Part shown: positions 38,299 through 48,411 of the stretch, piece after piece
Layout of the letters: every line of letters begins with the position of its first letter
Position numbering within the stretch: the first letter of the stretch is position 1
Origin: Phycisphaerae bacterium
GTDB taxonomy: Bacteria > Planctomycetota > Phycisphaerae > UBA1845
Length of the DNA stretch: 64,000 nucleotides
NCBI GenBank assembly: GCA_963666835.2
Contig: CAXXGO010000003.1
Location: 224,001 to 288,000, forward strand
Reading direction: 5' to 3'
Program-made: the position numbers and the translations under genes
The notes under the pieces: generated by a model
What the model was told of the DNA's origin: nothing
The model's database searches: none
Seen by the model: only the letters and a program-made list of their open reading frames with translations

Positions 38299-39249
38299 AT
38301 GAGTAAGCAGGATGGAACAACGACGGGCGGATCGTACCTTTGTGGGGTGCTGCTGCTCTTGTTGGCCGCGTTGCTGTGGAGCCTTAACGGTGCGTTGATT
38401 AAGCTGATTAACGCGGAGGGGGCGGGTCCGAATGCCGTAACGATTGCGTTCTCCCGGTCTCTCGTTGCCGGCCTATTCTTGCTGCCGCTTGCTCGGGGGA
38501 AGCTGCACACGTTAAGACATCCGTCCGGTTCCCGTGAATGGCTCGGACTCCGTCCTGCAGCGGTTTGCTGTACGGTGTTCTTCGCGCTCATGTCGGTCGC
38601 CTTCGTGGTTGCCAACACCCAGACCGAGGCCGCAAACGCCATAATCCTGCAGTATACCTCGACTTTTTGGGTTTTTGGTTTGTCACCGTGGCTTCTGAAG
38701 GAGCGGCCCAGGCGACGCGATTCCTGGATCCTGATGTTGGCGGTTGCCGGGATCGCGATCATCTTTTTGGGTAACGCGGATACGGACCTGTTTGGGCTGG
38801 TAGTCGGCCTGGGGGCGGGGGTGTTCTTTGCGTTGCTGACAATCATGATCCGGCGTCTTCGCGATGCGGATTCGGCCGCGGTGGTCGTGCTGAACAACCT
38901 GGGCTCGGCGGCTTTGATTCTGCCCCTGGTGGTGATTATGGGGGCAGGGCCGATGTCGACCCGATCCGTCGTACTGCTCGCGATCATGGGGGTTGTGCAA
39001 TTCGGGCTGCCGTATTACTTCTACTCCAGGGGGTTGGTTCGAGTTCCGGCGTATCAGGCCGCGCTGATCACCATGGCCGAGCCGATCCTGGTGCCGGTGT
39101 GGACGTACCTGGCGGTAGGCGAGCGGGTACCGGTCTCGACGTTGAGCGGGGGTAGTGTTATTCTGCTGGCGTTGGCTTTGTTTGTGTGGACTGCGGGACG
39201 GGGCGGCGGCGCACCTGATGTCGAAAGAGTGACAGGAACGGACGGATGA
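38299..39249 (+). CDS. DMT/EamA-family transporter
   Basis: About 10 TM segments in two repeats; ANAIILQYT, LLKER, AEPIL..GE motifs. Confidence 0.9.
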   Translation: MSKQDGTTTGGSYLCGVLLLLLAALLWSLNGALIKLINAEGAGPNAVTIAFSRSLVAGLFLLPLARGKLHTLRHPSGSREWLGLRPAAVCCTVFFALMSVAFVVANTQTEAANAIILQYTSTFWVFGLSPWLLKERPRRRDSWILMLAVAGIAIIFLGNADTDLFGLVVGLGAGVFFALLTIMIRRLRDADSAAVVVLNNLGSAALILPLVVIMGAGPMSTRSVVLLAIMGVVQFGLPYYFYSRGLVRVPAYQAALITMAEPILVPVWTYLAVGERVPVSTLSGGSVILLALALFVWTAGRGGGAPDVERVTGTDG

Positions 39250-40388
39250 AGAAGAAAGCGATTGTGCTCGGTTGCGGGCTGGTAGGGGCCACGATGGCTC
39301 GGGACTTGGCAACGGATGCGGATTATGAAGTCGCTGTAGCCGACATCAGTAGCCGTAACTTGCGCAAGTTGGAGTCGCAGCCGGGCGTCCGAAAGCTGGA
39401 GATCGACCTGAGCGACGCTTCTCGGATTGCCACGGTGATTCGCGATTATGACATTGTCGTGTCGGGCTTGCCCAGCACCTTCGGTTTCCAGACGTTGCGG
39501 GCGGCAATCGAGTGCGGCAAACCGTACTGCGACATCTCGTTCATGCCCGAGGACGCCATGGAGTTGGACGATCTCGCCAAGAGTCACGGGGCGACCGCAA
39601 TTGTTGACTGCGGCGTGGCACCGGGATTGTCGAACCTAATAGTCGGGCACACAATCGGGTTGTTGGATCGCGCGGATTCGATTGCGATCTACGTAGGCGG
39701 GTTGCCCAAGGCTCGCCGCTGGCCCTTCGACTACAAAGCTCCGTTTGCCCCGGGTGATGTGCTGGAGGAGTACACCCGTCCGGCGCGGATGGTCGAGCAT
39801 GGCAAGATTGTGGTAAAGCCCGCGCTTTCCGAACCCGAGCTGCTCGATTTCGCCCGCGTGGGAACGCTCGAGGCTTTCAATACCGACGGGTTGCGGAGCC
39901 TGCTTAATACCGTCAAGGTCCCCAATATGCTCGAGAAGACGTTGCGCTACCCAGGGCATGTGGAGGTAATGCGCGTCTTTCGCGAGACCGGTTTCTTCGA
40001 GAAACAAGCAATCGACGTGGGCGGAGTCATGGTTCGCCCGCTCGACGTAACCTCGAAGCTGCTGTTTCCGAAGTGGCTGCACGAAGAGGGTGAAGAGGAG
40101 TTCACCGTGCTGCGGGTCATTGTGGAGGGCGTCAAAGACGATAAGTCGGTGCGCTACACCTATGACTTGTACGACGAGTATGATAGCAAGACCGGAACCT
40201 CGTCCATGGCCCGGACAACGGGCTTTCCGGCGGTTATCCTGGCCCGCATGGTCGCGCGGGGGGAATTCCGGGAGCCCGGGGTTTTTCCGCCGGAGCTACT
40301 AGCCCCGCATAACGGGCTGTTTGACAATCTCATCCGCGAGCTCGCGGCGCGCGGGGTCAGAATCTCCACGGACGTCGAATACGCCTAG
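39246..40388 (+). CDS. Saccharopine dehydrogenase / lysine 6-dehydrogenase family oxidoreductase
   Basis: GCGLVG Rossmann motif; DCGVAPG, GGLP, EAFNTDGLRSL, KTLRYPGH, SSMARTTG. Confidence 0.9.
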   Translation: MKKKAIVLGCGLVGATMARDLATDADYEVAVADISSRNLRKLESQPGVRKLEIDLSDASRIATVIRDYDIVVSGLPSTFGFQTLRAAIECGKPYCDISFMPEDAMELDDLAKSHGATAIVDCGVAPGLSNLIVGHTIGLLDRADSIAIYVGGLPKARRWPFDYKAPFAPGDVLEEYTRPARMVEHGKIVVKPALSEPELLDFARVGTLEAFNTDGLRSLLNTVKVPNMLEKTLRYPGHVEVMRVFRETGFFEKQAIDVGGVMVRPLDVTSKLLFPKWLHEEGEEEFTVLRVIVEGVKDDKSVRYTYDLYDEYDSKTGTSSMARTTGFPAVILARMVARGEFREPGVFPPELLAPHNGLFDNLIRELAARGVRISTDVEYA

Positions 40389-40440
40389 TCTTGACAGGCG
40401 AGCGGGAACGCGCTGTGGAGAACCGAGGACGGTTGAGGCG

Positions 40441-40524
40441 TTAACGGTCGGGGCCGACCACGCCGTCGTACACCAGGCATGCCACCGCGGCAAAGTACGC
40501 TATCCCGACGATGACTTGTAGCAT
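40441..40524 (-). CDS. Small single-TM protein, 27 aa
   Basis: AGGAGG RBS 6 nt before ATG; MLQVIVGIAYFAAVACLVYDGVVGPDR (only seen as the tail of a longer ORF in the track). Confidence 0.55.
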   Translation of the reverse strand: MLQVIVGIAYFAAVACLVYDGVVGPDR

Positions 40525-40693
40525 GGTCAGCCTCCTATTGGCGAAAAAAGCTTGGTCTCTCTCCTCTTCGGCAGATGACGTGTGCAAACACCAGCCTATG
40601 TCGGTCCGGCCGGTCGTATCGCCGGGTGCCGGCCTCGACTTGTCGTGCCGGGACGCAGCTTCGTTCGGCAGTCCCGGCGCCGTCAGGCCCGGC

Positions 40694-41866
40694 ATGAGCC
40701 GAAGCGCCCTGATGATTGCCGGGATGGTCGTGATCCTCGCTGAAGGGTGCGGACCACAGTCCATCGCGGCGTGGAACCGGATCAGACTTGACCCGCCGCT
40801 CAACGGAATGTGTGGAAACGCAGAGCTGGCCGTACTGATCCCGGATTGCCCCCTTCCGGGAGTGTGTTTTACCGAGGCGTGCAGTGCGCACAACGTGTGT
40901 TACACAGACTGCGCGACATCGAAAGAGGAGTGCGACGCCCGTTTCTATAAGGACATGTTTGCGGCTTGCGGGTATGCGTTCGGACTCGACGACCCGGAAG
41001 AGGTCGCGTGCCGAAAAGTGGCTCTCATCTACTGGCTGGCCGTGGTACTTTACGGGCAGGAGGCTTATGACTGGGAACAGAGCTTCCACGGATGCGATGC
41101 GCCCCGACCTACAGAACGGCCGGGAGCGTGCTGCCGACAAGGCACACCTCCGGTGTGTGACGACACCGGGACGTTGGCCGATTGCCCTGCGGAAGCGGTC
41201 TTCATCGCCGGGTTTGACTGTCAGGACGTCATGGAGACTTTCGGCGCGTGCCCGGCGGTGGCTAACGGCACGTGTGCAGAACGGACTCAGGTTTGTGTGG
41301 GGCAGAGTCCGGAAGAGGACCTGGGGACCTGCACTTCTATCGCCGATCCGGAGTCGCCGCCGCTGACTTGCAGAGTATCTTCCCAGGATTGCCCTGTCGG
41401 AGAGGTCTGCCTGCCGCTTGGTCGAACTGCCTACCGGTGCCACGTCGGATTCGATAACCGTTTGGTTCTGACGGATGGCCCTCAGGCGGGTGGCGCGTGC
41501 AGCGAGTCCGGGGCGAACAGCTTCCAAGCTGACGTGTGGTTTGAATACGTCCCGGCCTGCACCGGTAATTTGAGGATCCGGATGTGCGATTCGAGCAAGT
41601 TTGACTCGATGTTGGCGGTTTATGCCGCAGAGGTGGCAGGAACTTGCCCGGTCGACAACAGTTCGTTGGTAGCCTGCGATGACGATGCCTGCGATATCGC
41701 CGGTTCGGCGCTATCCGCGTTAACGGTCAATGGGGTGGTGGAAGGCGCGGCGTATATTATCCGCGTTGGCGGATGGTCGGCGGACGGTACGGCCGGCGGA
41801 GCCGCCCGGGGCGTCGGCGAGTTGGACATGACGCTCGTTTGCGATCCCTCTTCCGGCCGTAGGTAG
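40694..41866 (+). CDS. Cys-rich predicted lipoprotein with secretory PLA2-like N-terminal domain and PPC-like C-terminal domain
   Basis: ILAEGC; NGMCG..FTEACSAHNVCY.DC..SKEECDARF..DM; GACC module; ADVWFEY..FDSMLAVY..ACDDDAC..YIIRVGG. Confidence 0.65.
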   Translation: MSRSALMIAGMVVILAEGCGPQSIAAWNRIRLDPPLNGMCGNAELAVLIPDCPLPGVCFTEACSAHNVCYTDCATSKEECDARFYKDMFAACGYAFGLDDPEEVACRKVALIYWLAVVLYGQEAYDWEQSFHGCDAPRPTERPGACCRQGTPPVCDDTGTLADCPAEAVFIAGFDCQDVMETFGACPAVANGTCAERTQVCVGQSPEEDLGTCTSIADPESPPLTCRVSSQDCPVGEVCLPLGRTAYRCHVGFDNRLVLTDGPQAGGACSESGANSFQADVWFEYVPACTGNLRIRMCDSSKFDSMLAVYAAEVAGTCPVDNSSLVACDDDACDIAGSALSALTVNGVVEGAAYIIRVGGWSADGTAGGAARGVGELDMTLVCDPSSGRR

Positions 41867-41893
41867 ACGGCGGGGGCAATCCTGCCGCGACCC

Positions 41894-42739
41894 CTATGGC
41901 CCAAACGAGAGAACTCCGCCGATTATCAGGGCTCCTAAAACCACGCAATAGGGTGCAAAGTAGTGGAGTTTGGCGCGGCGGACCGCATGAAGCAAAACGA
42001 GCAACGCGAGTACGCCAACTGCAAGTGACACCGCGCTGCCGGTAATGACCGGTCCCCAGGGGATGGTGTCGAACTGCTCCGCGGGCAATGCCCTTGTGTC
42101 TCTGATCTTCAACAGCGTTGCGCCGGCAATCGCGGGCGCTGCGATCAGGAAACTGAACTCGGCCGCCCATCGCCGGCGCAGGCCGCAAAACAGCGCGGCG
42201 CAGATCGTAGACCCACTCCGAGAAATCCCCGGGAAGATCGCACAAGCTTGCGCCGTTCCGACGATTGCCGCCTGCCACCAGAGAAACCGCCGCCAGCCGC
42301 GATTCGGGCGGCGCACCAACAGAGTCAAGATCAGCAGAATACCGGTGACAATCAAAGCCGCCCCGATCCACTTCGGGCGACCGAACGCGCTCTCAAACTT
42401 ATCCTGGAAGCTCAGCCCTATCACTCCGGTCGGCACGCTTGCTGCAATCGCCAACCCGGCGATGCGAAGCGCGTACCGCGGCCGATTCCACGACCGGTTC
42501 AGCTCGCGCAGCAGTCTGCCTAGGAAACTCGCGATGGACTTTGCGAAAACGACACCAACAGCCACCAGGGTCCCGACGTGGACGCAGACATCGAACAGCA
42601 GCATGGTCGGCGTATGGGCTTCAAGCCCCAGCCATCTCTGAGTCAGGGCTAAGTGCCCGCTGCTGCTAATCGGCAGAAACTCCGTAAGCCCCTGGATGAT
42701 GCCAAGCAGGATCGAAGCTGGGTAGTCAAGCTGGCTCAC
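41894..42739 (-). CDS. uppP: Undecaprenyl-diphosphate phosphatase
   Basis: QGLTEFLPISSSGHL, PGISRSGST, AAEFSFL. Confidence 0.96.
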   Translation of the reverse strand: MSQLDYPASILLGIIQGLTEFLPISSSGHLALTQRWLGLEAHTPTMLLFDVCVHVGTLVAVGVVFAKSIASFLGRLLRELNRSWNRPRYALRIAGLAIAASVPTGVIGLSFQDKFESAFGRPKWIGAALIVTGILLILTLLVRRPNRGWRRFLWWQAAIVGTAQACAIFPGISRSGSTICAALFCGLRRRWAAEFSFLIAAPAIAGATLLKIRDTRALPAEQFDTIPWGPVITGSAVSLAVGVLALLVLLHAVRRAKLHYFAPYCVVLGALIIGGVLSFGP

Positions 42740-43356
42740 GGAGGAGCACTCTCTTCAAGGATGTACCGGGATTTGATCAGGTATTGCACGGTCGACAAGG
42801 CGGTGATGATCACCGTGGCCCAGACCAAGCCGACTTTTACCGAGCTTGGCCAGGAGGCACCGTCCCAGGAGGACTCGTGGGCAACGATGAACAGAATCGC
42901 CGGAGCAGCAATGCTCTGCATCCACATCTTCAACTTGCCGTGGATTGACGCTCCGAATGCCCGTCCTCGAGATTCGTTGAAACCGCGCAAGCCGGTGACC
43001 AGGAGCTCACGCCCGACAATCACCACGACCATCCAGCCCGAAACCTCCGTCACGTTGTGCCCGGCCTTGTCGACGAAGGTGGGTCCGGTAAACAGAATAA
43101 ACGCCCCGCAAATCAGTACCTTGTCCACAAACGGATCGAGCACGCGCCCGAGAGACGTTTCTTGCTCATACTTCCGCGCTATGTAGCCGTCGAGGAAGTC
43201 CGTCGCGGCGGCTAGAATGAAGATCACCACGGCCAAGTCGAGTTTCAACGGTTCCGGCGCTTGTTGCGAGTACGCCGAGAGCAGGACGAAGAAGACGATC
43301 GCCAGCACCAACCGGGCGAGAGTTATTCGATTCGGGAGGTTTAACTTGACTATCAT
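42736..43356 (-). CDS. pgsA: CDP-diacylglycerol--glycerol-3-phosphate 3-phosphatidyltransferase
   Basis: NLPNRIT.AR, TDFLDGYIAR..LGRVLDPFVDK, RELLVTGLR, GKLK. Confidence 0.92.
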   Translation of the reverse strand: MIVKLNLPNRITLARLVLAIVFFVLLSAYSQQAPEPLKLDLAVVIFILAAATDFLDGYIARKYEQETSLGRVLDPFVDKVLICGAFILFTGPTFVDKAGHNVTEVSGWMVVVIVGRELLVTGLRGFNESRGRAFGASIHGKLKMWMQSIAAPAILFIVAHESSWDGASWPSSVKVGLVWATVIITALSTVQYLIKSRYILEESAPP

Positions 43357-44723
43357 GGACGCCTTGTTGCTTGGGGAACTCGAACCGGTCTGGCGACAAG
43401 GTCATACCCATCGCGACCAGTACAATTGACCGCTATGAAATCGCCGGGCTTCGCGGTACACCTCTCGACGTAGGTAACCCCATCAACGGACGGGGCTTGC
43501 CCCTGGTGCCGTCCGATTACCATCCGCGACCGGCCCACCTCATCTATAAGAACCGTCAGCTCCTTGCCAATCCGCTCCTTGGCCAGCTCGAACGCGACCT
43601 TCTGCTGGGTTCGCATCAACTCGTCGACCCGTTGCTGCTTGACCGGCTCGGGAAGCTGATCCGGGAGCTTCCCCGCGGGTGTATCCGGCTCGCGGGAGTA
43701 CGGAAACACGCCCAGGGCGTCGAAGCGAAAAGCCTTGACGAACCGAAGCAGTTCCTCGAACTCGTCATCGGTTTCACCCGGAAAGCCGGCAATCAGAGTG
43801 GTACGCAAAGTCACCCCCGGAATTCGTTCGCGAATCCTCTGGAGCAGGTCCTCGGTACCCTGACGGTCGACCCGCCGCCCCATGACCTTGAGCACTCGGC
43901 TGTTGATATGTTGCAGTGGAAGGTCGATGTACTTACACACGCGGTCGCATTCCGCCACGGCGGCGATCATCTCGTCGTCGAAGCCGACCGGATAGGCATA
44001 CATCAACCTGATCCAACCCACCCCGTCTATGGTGTTCAGCTCCCGAAGAAGCTCTGCCAGTCCGAGCTCGAATCGGTCGTTACCCCTCCCGTATGCGGTG
44101 GTGTCTTGCCCCACCAGTGAGATCTCGACGGCGCCGTCGCTAACCAGCTCCCGCGCCTCCTCCAGCACGAGATTAGGTGGCTTTCCGTGCATGGGGCCTC
44201 GGATTGCCGGAATGGTGCAGAAAGTACAATTGCGGTCACAACCCTCGCTTATGCAGAGAAACGCGTAGTGGCGGGGCGTGATTCGGAGGCGGGCGGTGTC
44301 TATCTGACTGATCGGGTGGTACGCTCCCAGGAAAAGCCCCGTTGTGTCTCGGCTCTGGGGCGCCTTGGCGCCAAGTACCGCTCTGACCACGTCGTCCCGA
44401 TTGTTGACCCCGACCAACGCGTCGATTCCGTGAATGCGATCTGCCAGACCGGCCCCGTCGCGCTGTGCGAGGCAGCCCGCCACGACAACTCGGCGAAGCC
44501 CACCGTCCGCCTTGCGGGCGACAACCTCGCGGATGATCTCATCCGCCTCCGTTCGGGCGGCCTCCAGGAAGCCGCAGGTGTTGATTACGATGACCTCGGC
44601 GTCATCCTCGTTTGCAGTGATGGCGCAGCCCGCCTCCGCCAACTGCCCGAGCATCTTCTCGGAGTCGACGAGGTTCTTGGGGCAGCCAAGAGACACAAAC
44701 GATACCCGCAATCGGTCAGCCAT
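43353..44723 (-). CDS. rimO: Ribosomal protein S12 methylthiotransferase
   Basis: SLGCPKNLVDSE, INTCGF, ISEGCDRNCTFC.IP, RLMYAYP, TRAM domain (APSVDG). Confidence 0.95.
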   Translation of the reverse strand: MADRLRVSFVSLGCPKNLVDSEKMLGQLAEAGCAITANEDDAEVIVINTCGFLEAARTEADEIIREVVARKADGGLRRVVVAGCLAQRDGAGLADRIHGIDALVGVNNRDDVVRAVLGAKAPQSRDTTGLFLGAYHPISQIDTARLRITPRHYAFLCISEGCDRNCTFCTIPAIRGPMHGKPPNLVLEEARELVSDGAVEISLVGQDTTAYGRGNDRFELGLAELLRELNTIDGVGWIRLMYAYPVGFDDEMIAAVAECDRVCKYIDLPLQHINSRVLKVMGRRVDRQGTEDLLQRIRERIPGVTLRTTLIAGFPGETDDEFEELLRFVKAFRFDALGVFPYSREPDTPAGKLPDQLPEPVKQQRVDELMRTQQKVAFELAKERIGKELTVLIDEVGRSRMVIGRHQGQAPSVDGVTYVERCTAKPGDFIAVNCTGRDGYDLVARPVRVPQATRRP

Positions 44724-44825
44724 AAAGTCCGCAATCCCGTCAGGACACAACGCAGCAAGCGAGTTTAGCAGAAGCGTCAACTCGCGGAAGGGGCGACCGA
44801 AGTGTGCATCTGTTATAATGCGGCC

Positions 44826-45575
44826 ATGGATGCCGTTTTGCAGCTTGCGGAGCTTCTCGACACCGCCCGGACGGCAGTAGCCTTCACCGGAGCGGGCATC
44901 AGTACGGAAAGCGGGATCCCCGATTTTCGAAGCCCCGGCGGAGTGTGGTCTCGGCAGCAGCCGGTCATGTACGACGATTTCATCAACTCGCGATCCGAAC
45001 GGGTGCGGTATTGGAAGATGCGAGTCGAGCTTTATCGAGACTTTCTATCCGCCAAGCCGAACGCCGGGCACTATGCTCTGGCACGGCTGGAACAGCACGG
45101 ACGCCTCGCCGGAGTGGTGACCCAGAACATTGACGGACTGCACCAGGAAGCCGGTAGCAAGCAGGTGGTTGAGCTACACGGGACCAACCGCAAGGTCGCA
45201 TGCGTGGATTGTCTGCAGGAGTGGGAGCCCCAGGAGATACTATCTCGGATCGAAGCGGGCGACGAAGCTCCGGAATGTGCGTCTTGCGGCGGGCTGATCA
45301 AGGCCAAGACGGTCCTCTTCGGGCAGGCTATGCCGGAGGGACCAATGATGCACGCTGCCCAATTGGGCAGAGCGGCTGACCTGTATTTGGCGATCGGCTC
45401 TTCTCTGGTGGTCGAGCCGGCGGCGTCTTTTCCCCGACAAGCGAGGTATTACGGGGCGACGCTGGTTATCATCAACAAAACGCCGACTCCACTCGATGAC
45501 ATTGCTCAGTTGGTAATCCGCGATCCGATCGGCTCCACGCTTGAGCGCGCGATCGGCCATCTCAACCTGGATTAG
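44826..45575 (+). CDS. cobB: NAD-dependent protein deacylase (sirtuin, CobB-like)
   Basis: GAGISTESGIPDFR, TQNIDGLH, ELHG, CxxC..CxxC, GSSL; TATAAT at 44814. Confidence 0.92.
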   Translation: MDAVLQLAELLDTARTAVAFTGAGISTESGIPDFRSPGGVWSRQQPVMYDDFINSRSERVRYWKMRVELYRDFLSAKPNAGHYALARLEQHGRLAGVVTQNIDGLHQEAGSKQVVELHGTNRKVACVDCLQEWEPQEILSRIEAGDEAPECASCGGLIKAKTVLFGQAMPEGPMMHAAQLGRAADLYLAIGSSLVVEPAASFPRQARYYGATLVIINKTPTPLDDIAQLVIRDPIGSTLERAIGHLNLD

Positions 45576-45759
45576 TCAGGTCCTCGCCGTTAGCCCGTCA
45601 GCAGCGTTGAACGCGTCGCACTTGGCGTATGCCCAGACGGTGCGTGTAAGAAGTTGTGCCGATTCACCGACGGGGGGATTGGTCTGGGCGGAAGTGGCGA
45701 CCTCAGACGTCTTTACCCTTGCGGGAGTAGACCACACATCGGTTCAAAGGAGAAGCAGA

Positions 45760-47097
45760 ATGGCCCGAATCTTCAACGTTGTTCTTTCGCTGGTCATTGC
45801 GGCCGTCGTTTCTTCGGGGGCAAAGGCCGACGATGCGACGATTCCCGACTCCCTTGCCGGGCGACGCGCCGCGGCTCTGATTGCTGCCGTTAATACCGGT
45901 GATTCCGCGAAGATCCGCGAGTTTGAGCTTGAGCATCGTGCCAAATCGGCCGCGAGGCGTCGCCCCCTCGACGATCGTGTAACCGACTGGCTCAATCGGC
46001 ATTCCGAGTGGGGCAAGCTTGAAGTACGCAGAGTGCTCAGCAGCGGCGAACTCGACATTATGGTTGTGGTTGAACCGGCGCGGGCCAAAGGGTGGGTTCA
46101 CATCGCTATTGAGTTGGAAGAAGAGGCACCCCACGGGCTCTGGCGCATTCGCTTCGATGGGCCGGTCTCCCCCGAATCCAGCAAGGCCAGCAACAAACGT
46201 CTCGATGAGGACCACCGCAACAGATTGGTCAATCGCGTTGCCGACGAGCTGGCACGCGGGTACGTATTCGAAGACGTTGGTAATGCCATGGCCGAGGACA
46301 TTCGAAAGCGGCTGGCGCTTGGTGATTACGACGACATAGAGTACTCATACCCGTTCGCCCAACGCCTTACGGATGATCTGCGGGCGGTTTGTCACGACAA
46401 GCACCTGCGCGTCGTTCCTCGGATTCCGATGACGCAACGCGGCGAGCGCCGCAACCGGCCTACCGATCAAAGACCCAAGCCCGAGGAGAACTACGGCTTC
46501 GCCAAGGTCGAAGTCCTTCCGGGAAACGTCGGCTACATCAAGTTCAACATGTTCGAGGGCAGTCCGGATGCGCGCCCGACCGCGGCGGCGGCGATGGCGT
46601 TCGTGGCAAACACCGATGCCCTGATCTTCGATGTAACGGAGAACGGCGGCGGGTCCGCCGACATGATCACGTTTCTGTGCGGCTACCTGTTCGACAAACC
46701 CGTCCACCTGAACACCTTCGAGAACCGCAGCGCCGGGACGGCCTATGATACTCACAGTAACGAGAACGTGCCCGGGCGACGTTACGGAGAGGAGAAGCCC
46801 GTGTTCGTGCTGACCAGCGGATACACCTTCTCGGCCGCGGAGGAGTTCACCTACGACCTGAAACACCTCAAACGCGCCACGGTGGTCGGTGAGCTAACCG
46901 GCGGGGGAGCGCACCCCGTCACGTTCATGACGCTCAACAAGTACTTTATCCTCAAAATACCGAACGGCAGAGCGGTGAACCCGGTAACCAAAACAAACTG
47001 GGAGGGCGTCGGCGTGATTCCCCACGTCGAAGTCCCCGCCGACCAGGCCAAGGAGAAGGCACACCGGCTCGCTCTGGCGGCCATCAAAGCCGAGTAG
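45760..47097 (+). CDS. S41-family peptidase with signal peptide
   Basis: DKHL, GNVGYIK, NGGG, TFSAAEEF, GE.TGGGAHP, WEGVGVIP; AAAGGAG RBS. Confidence 0.92.
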   Translation: MARIFNVVLSLVIAAVVSSGAKADDATIPDSLAGRRAAALIAAVNTGDSAKIREFELEHRAKSAARRRPLDDRVTDWLNRHSEWGKLEVRRVLSSGELDIMVVVEPARAKGWVHIAIELEEEAPHGLWRIRFDGPVSPESSKASNKRLDEDHRNRLVNRVADELARGYVFEDVGNAMAEDIRKRLALGDYDDIEYSYPFAQRLTDDLRAVCHDKHLRVVPRIPMTQRGERRNRPTDQRPKPEENYGFAKVEVLPGNVGYIKFNMFEGSPDARPTAAAAMAFVANTDALIFDVTENGGGSADMITFLCGYLFDKPVHLNTFENRSAGTAYDTHSNENVPGRRYGEEKPVFVLTSGYTFSAAEEFTYDLKHLKRATVVGELTGGGAHPVTFMTLNKYFILKIPNGRAVNPVTKTNWEGVGVIPHVEVPADQAKEKAHRLALAAIKAE

Positions 47098-47199
47098 GGC
47101 GAGACGCGATTCAGGGCGGTTTCCAGAGAGATCGGTACGCGGCTTTCCCGTTCCCCAGGGTTTGTTCAGGTGGCCGGTCGGAAGCCCGCGCTACCGGGT

Positions 47200-48201
47200 C
47201 TATCCGTCGTGCGCGGAGAATCGGATCTGGAACGCGGCGAAGTCGCCAAGATCGATGTCGCCGTCTTCGTCGTGATCGAGACACCGGCAGGACCATTCGT
47301 ATAGGGAAGGGTCTGTGGGTCCGAGCGGGCTCGTCAGGCATCCCTCGAAAGCTGCGGCATCTTCCAACGTGGCGCGGGCGTCGCCGGTGACATCACCGAA
47401 CGCGAGGCACTCCACGCATCCATCCGTATCCTCATCACAGAACAAGTCGGGCAAACAGGGGGGGACGCCATCTCGGCAGCCTTCGTGTGCGTCGCAGGTT
47501 TCCGAGCCGTCGCAATAGAGTCCGTTATCGCAGAGCGCGTCATCGGGCTGGTGAATGCAGGAGCCGGTTTCGTTTCGGCAGGAATCAACTGTGCAGGCCA
47601 AGCCGTCGTTACAATCCTCGTCGTACCGGCAGCCGATTGCGAGCAAGGCCGTACCCAACTCGCCGGTTACCTCTAAGCCGGGCACGACGCCGTCCACTAC
47701 CATCGTCCGACAGGTTCCATTCGGCATGATTCGGAGGATGGACACGGTCACCGGATCATCGGAGGGAGCCAAGGCCTCGAAAACGAACGTCGTTAGTAAC
47801 ACACCTTCCGGCGGAACCGGAATCGGCTCGCCGAGGACACCGGCACGGTAGAATCCATCACCATCCGCCGGCGGATCGGCCTCATTCAGGTCGCAGTCTC
47901 CACTCGACGGAAACCCGGACATGCTGAGGTCCACGCCTCCCGTCGGATCAAGCCCGACGAGACGGAGATGGGCCGCGTCCCAGGCGAAGACAATCTGCAA
48001 ACCGGACGATGACTGCAACTCGGCACTGTCGGACACCGCAAAGAGGCCTAGGCCAACGCTGTCCCCCACGTAAGTGGCCGCGTTACCCGGTCGCCATTCG
48101 AGGTCGACCTCTGCACTGGCGACACTCGGCGTCAGGATGGTCAGCGCCGCGACAAGAACAGCTAAGGTGCCAACCGGCAGACAGCTAATACCTGGGAGCA
48201 T
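47200..48201 (-). CDS. Secreted cohesin-like + Cys-rich (Dictyostelium-type) repeat + dockerin-like protein
   Basis: AAGGAG RBS; beta-sandwich (LQIVFAWD..L.LVG..LLTTFVFEAL); CNDGLACTVDSC / CDNGLYCDGSETC; two DxxxDxxxxxxD loops at the C-terminus. Confidence 0.7.
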   Translation of the reverse strand: MLPGISCLPVGTLAVLVAALTILTPSVASAEVDLEWRPGNAATYVGDSVGLGLFAVSDSAELQSSSGLQIVFAWDAAHLRLVGLDPTGGVDLSMSGFPSSGDCDLNEADPPADGDGFYRAGVLGEPIPVPPEGVLLTTFVFEALAPSDDPVTVSILRIMPNGTCRTMVVDGVVPGLEVTGELGTALLAIGCRYDEDCNDGLACTVDSCRNETGSCIHQPDDALCDNGLYCDGSETCDAHEGCRDGVPPCLPDLFCDEDTDGCVECLAFGDVTGDARATLEDAAAFEGCLTSPLGPTDPSLYEWSCRCLDHDEDGDIDLGDFAAFQIRFSAHDG

Positions 48202-48411
48202 TACCAACTTCTCCTTCCGGTCCATGTCCAGCAGCGCGCTGGAATACGCGGGCTCCGGCAAGACGGCGCGGCGCTGCCGCATTGAGACGGTACTTCCACC
48301 GACTTTCGTATCCGAAGATGCAACTCCGGCTAATCGCATACGAGCAAAGGGAGAGGCGCCAGGCAGAGCGCCGGTCGGCGCTCTACCTGGCCCTCTATCG
48401 TCTGTGGAAGA

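Noticed and set aside
44826..45575. Anti-phage Sir2 (Thoeris/DSR-type)
   Set aside because: Ordinary ~250-aa CobB-like deacylase with Zn-binding Cys pairs in a housekeeping context.
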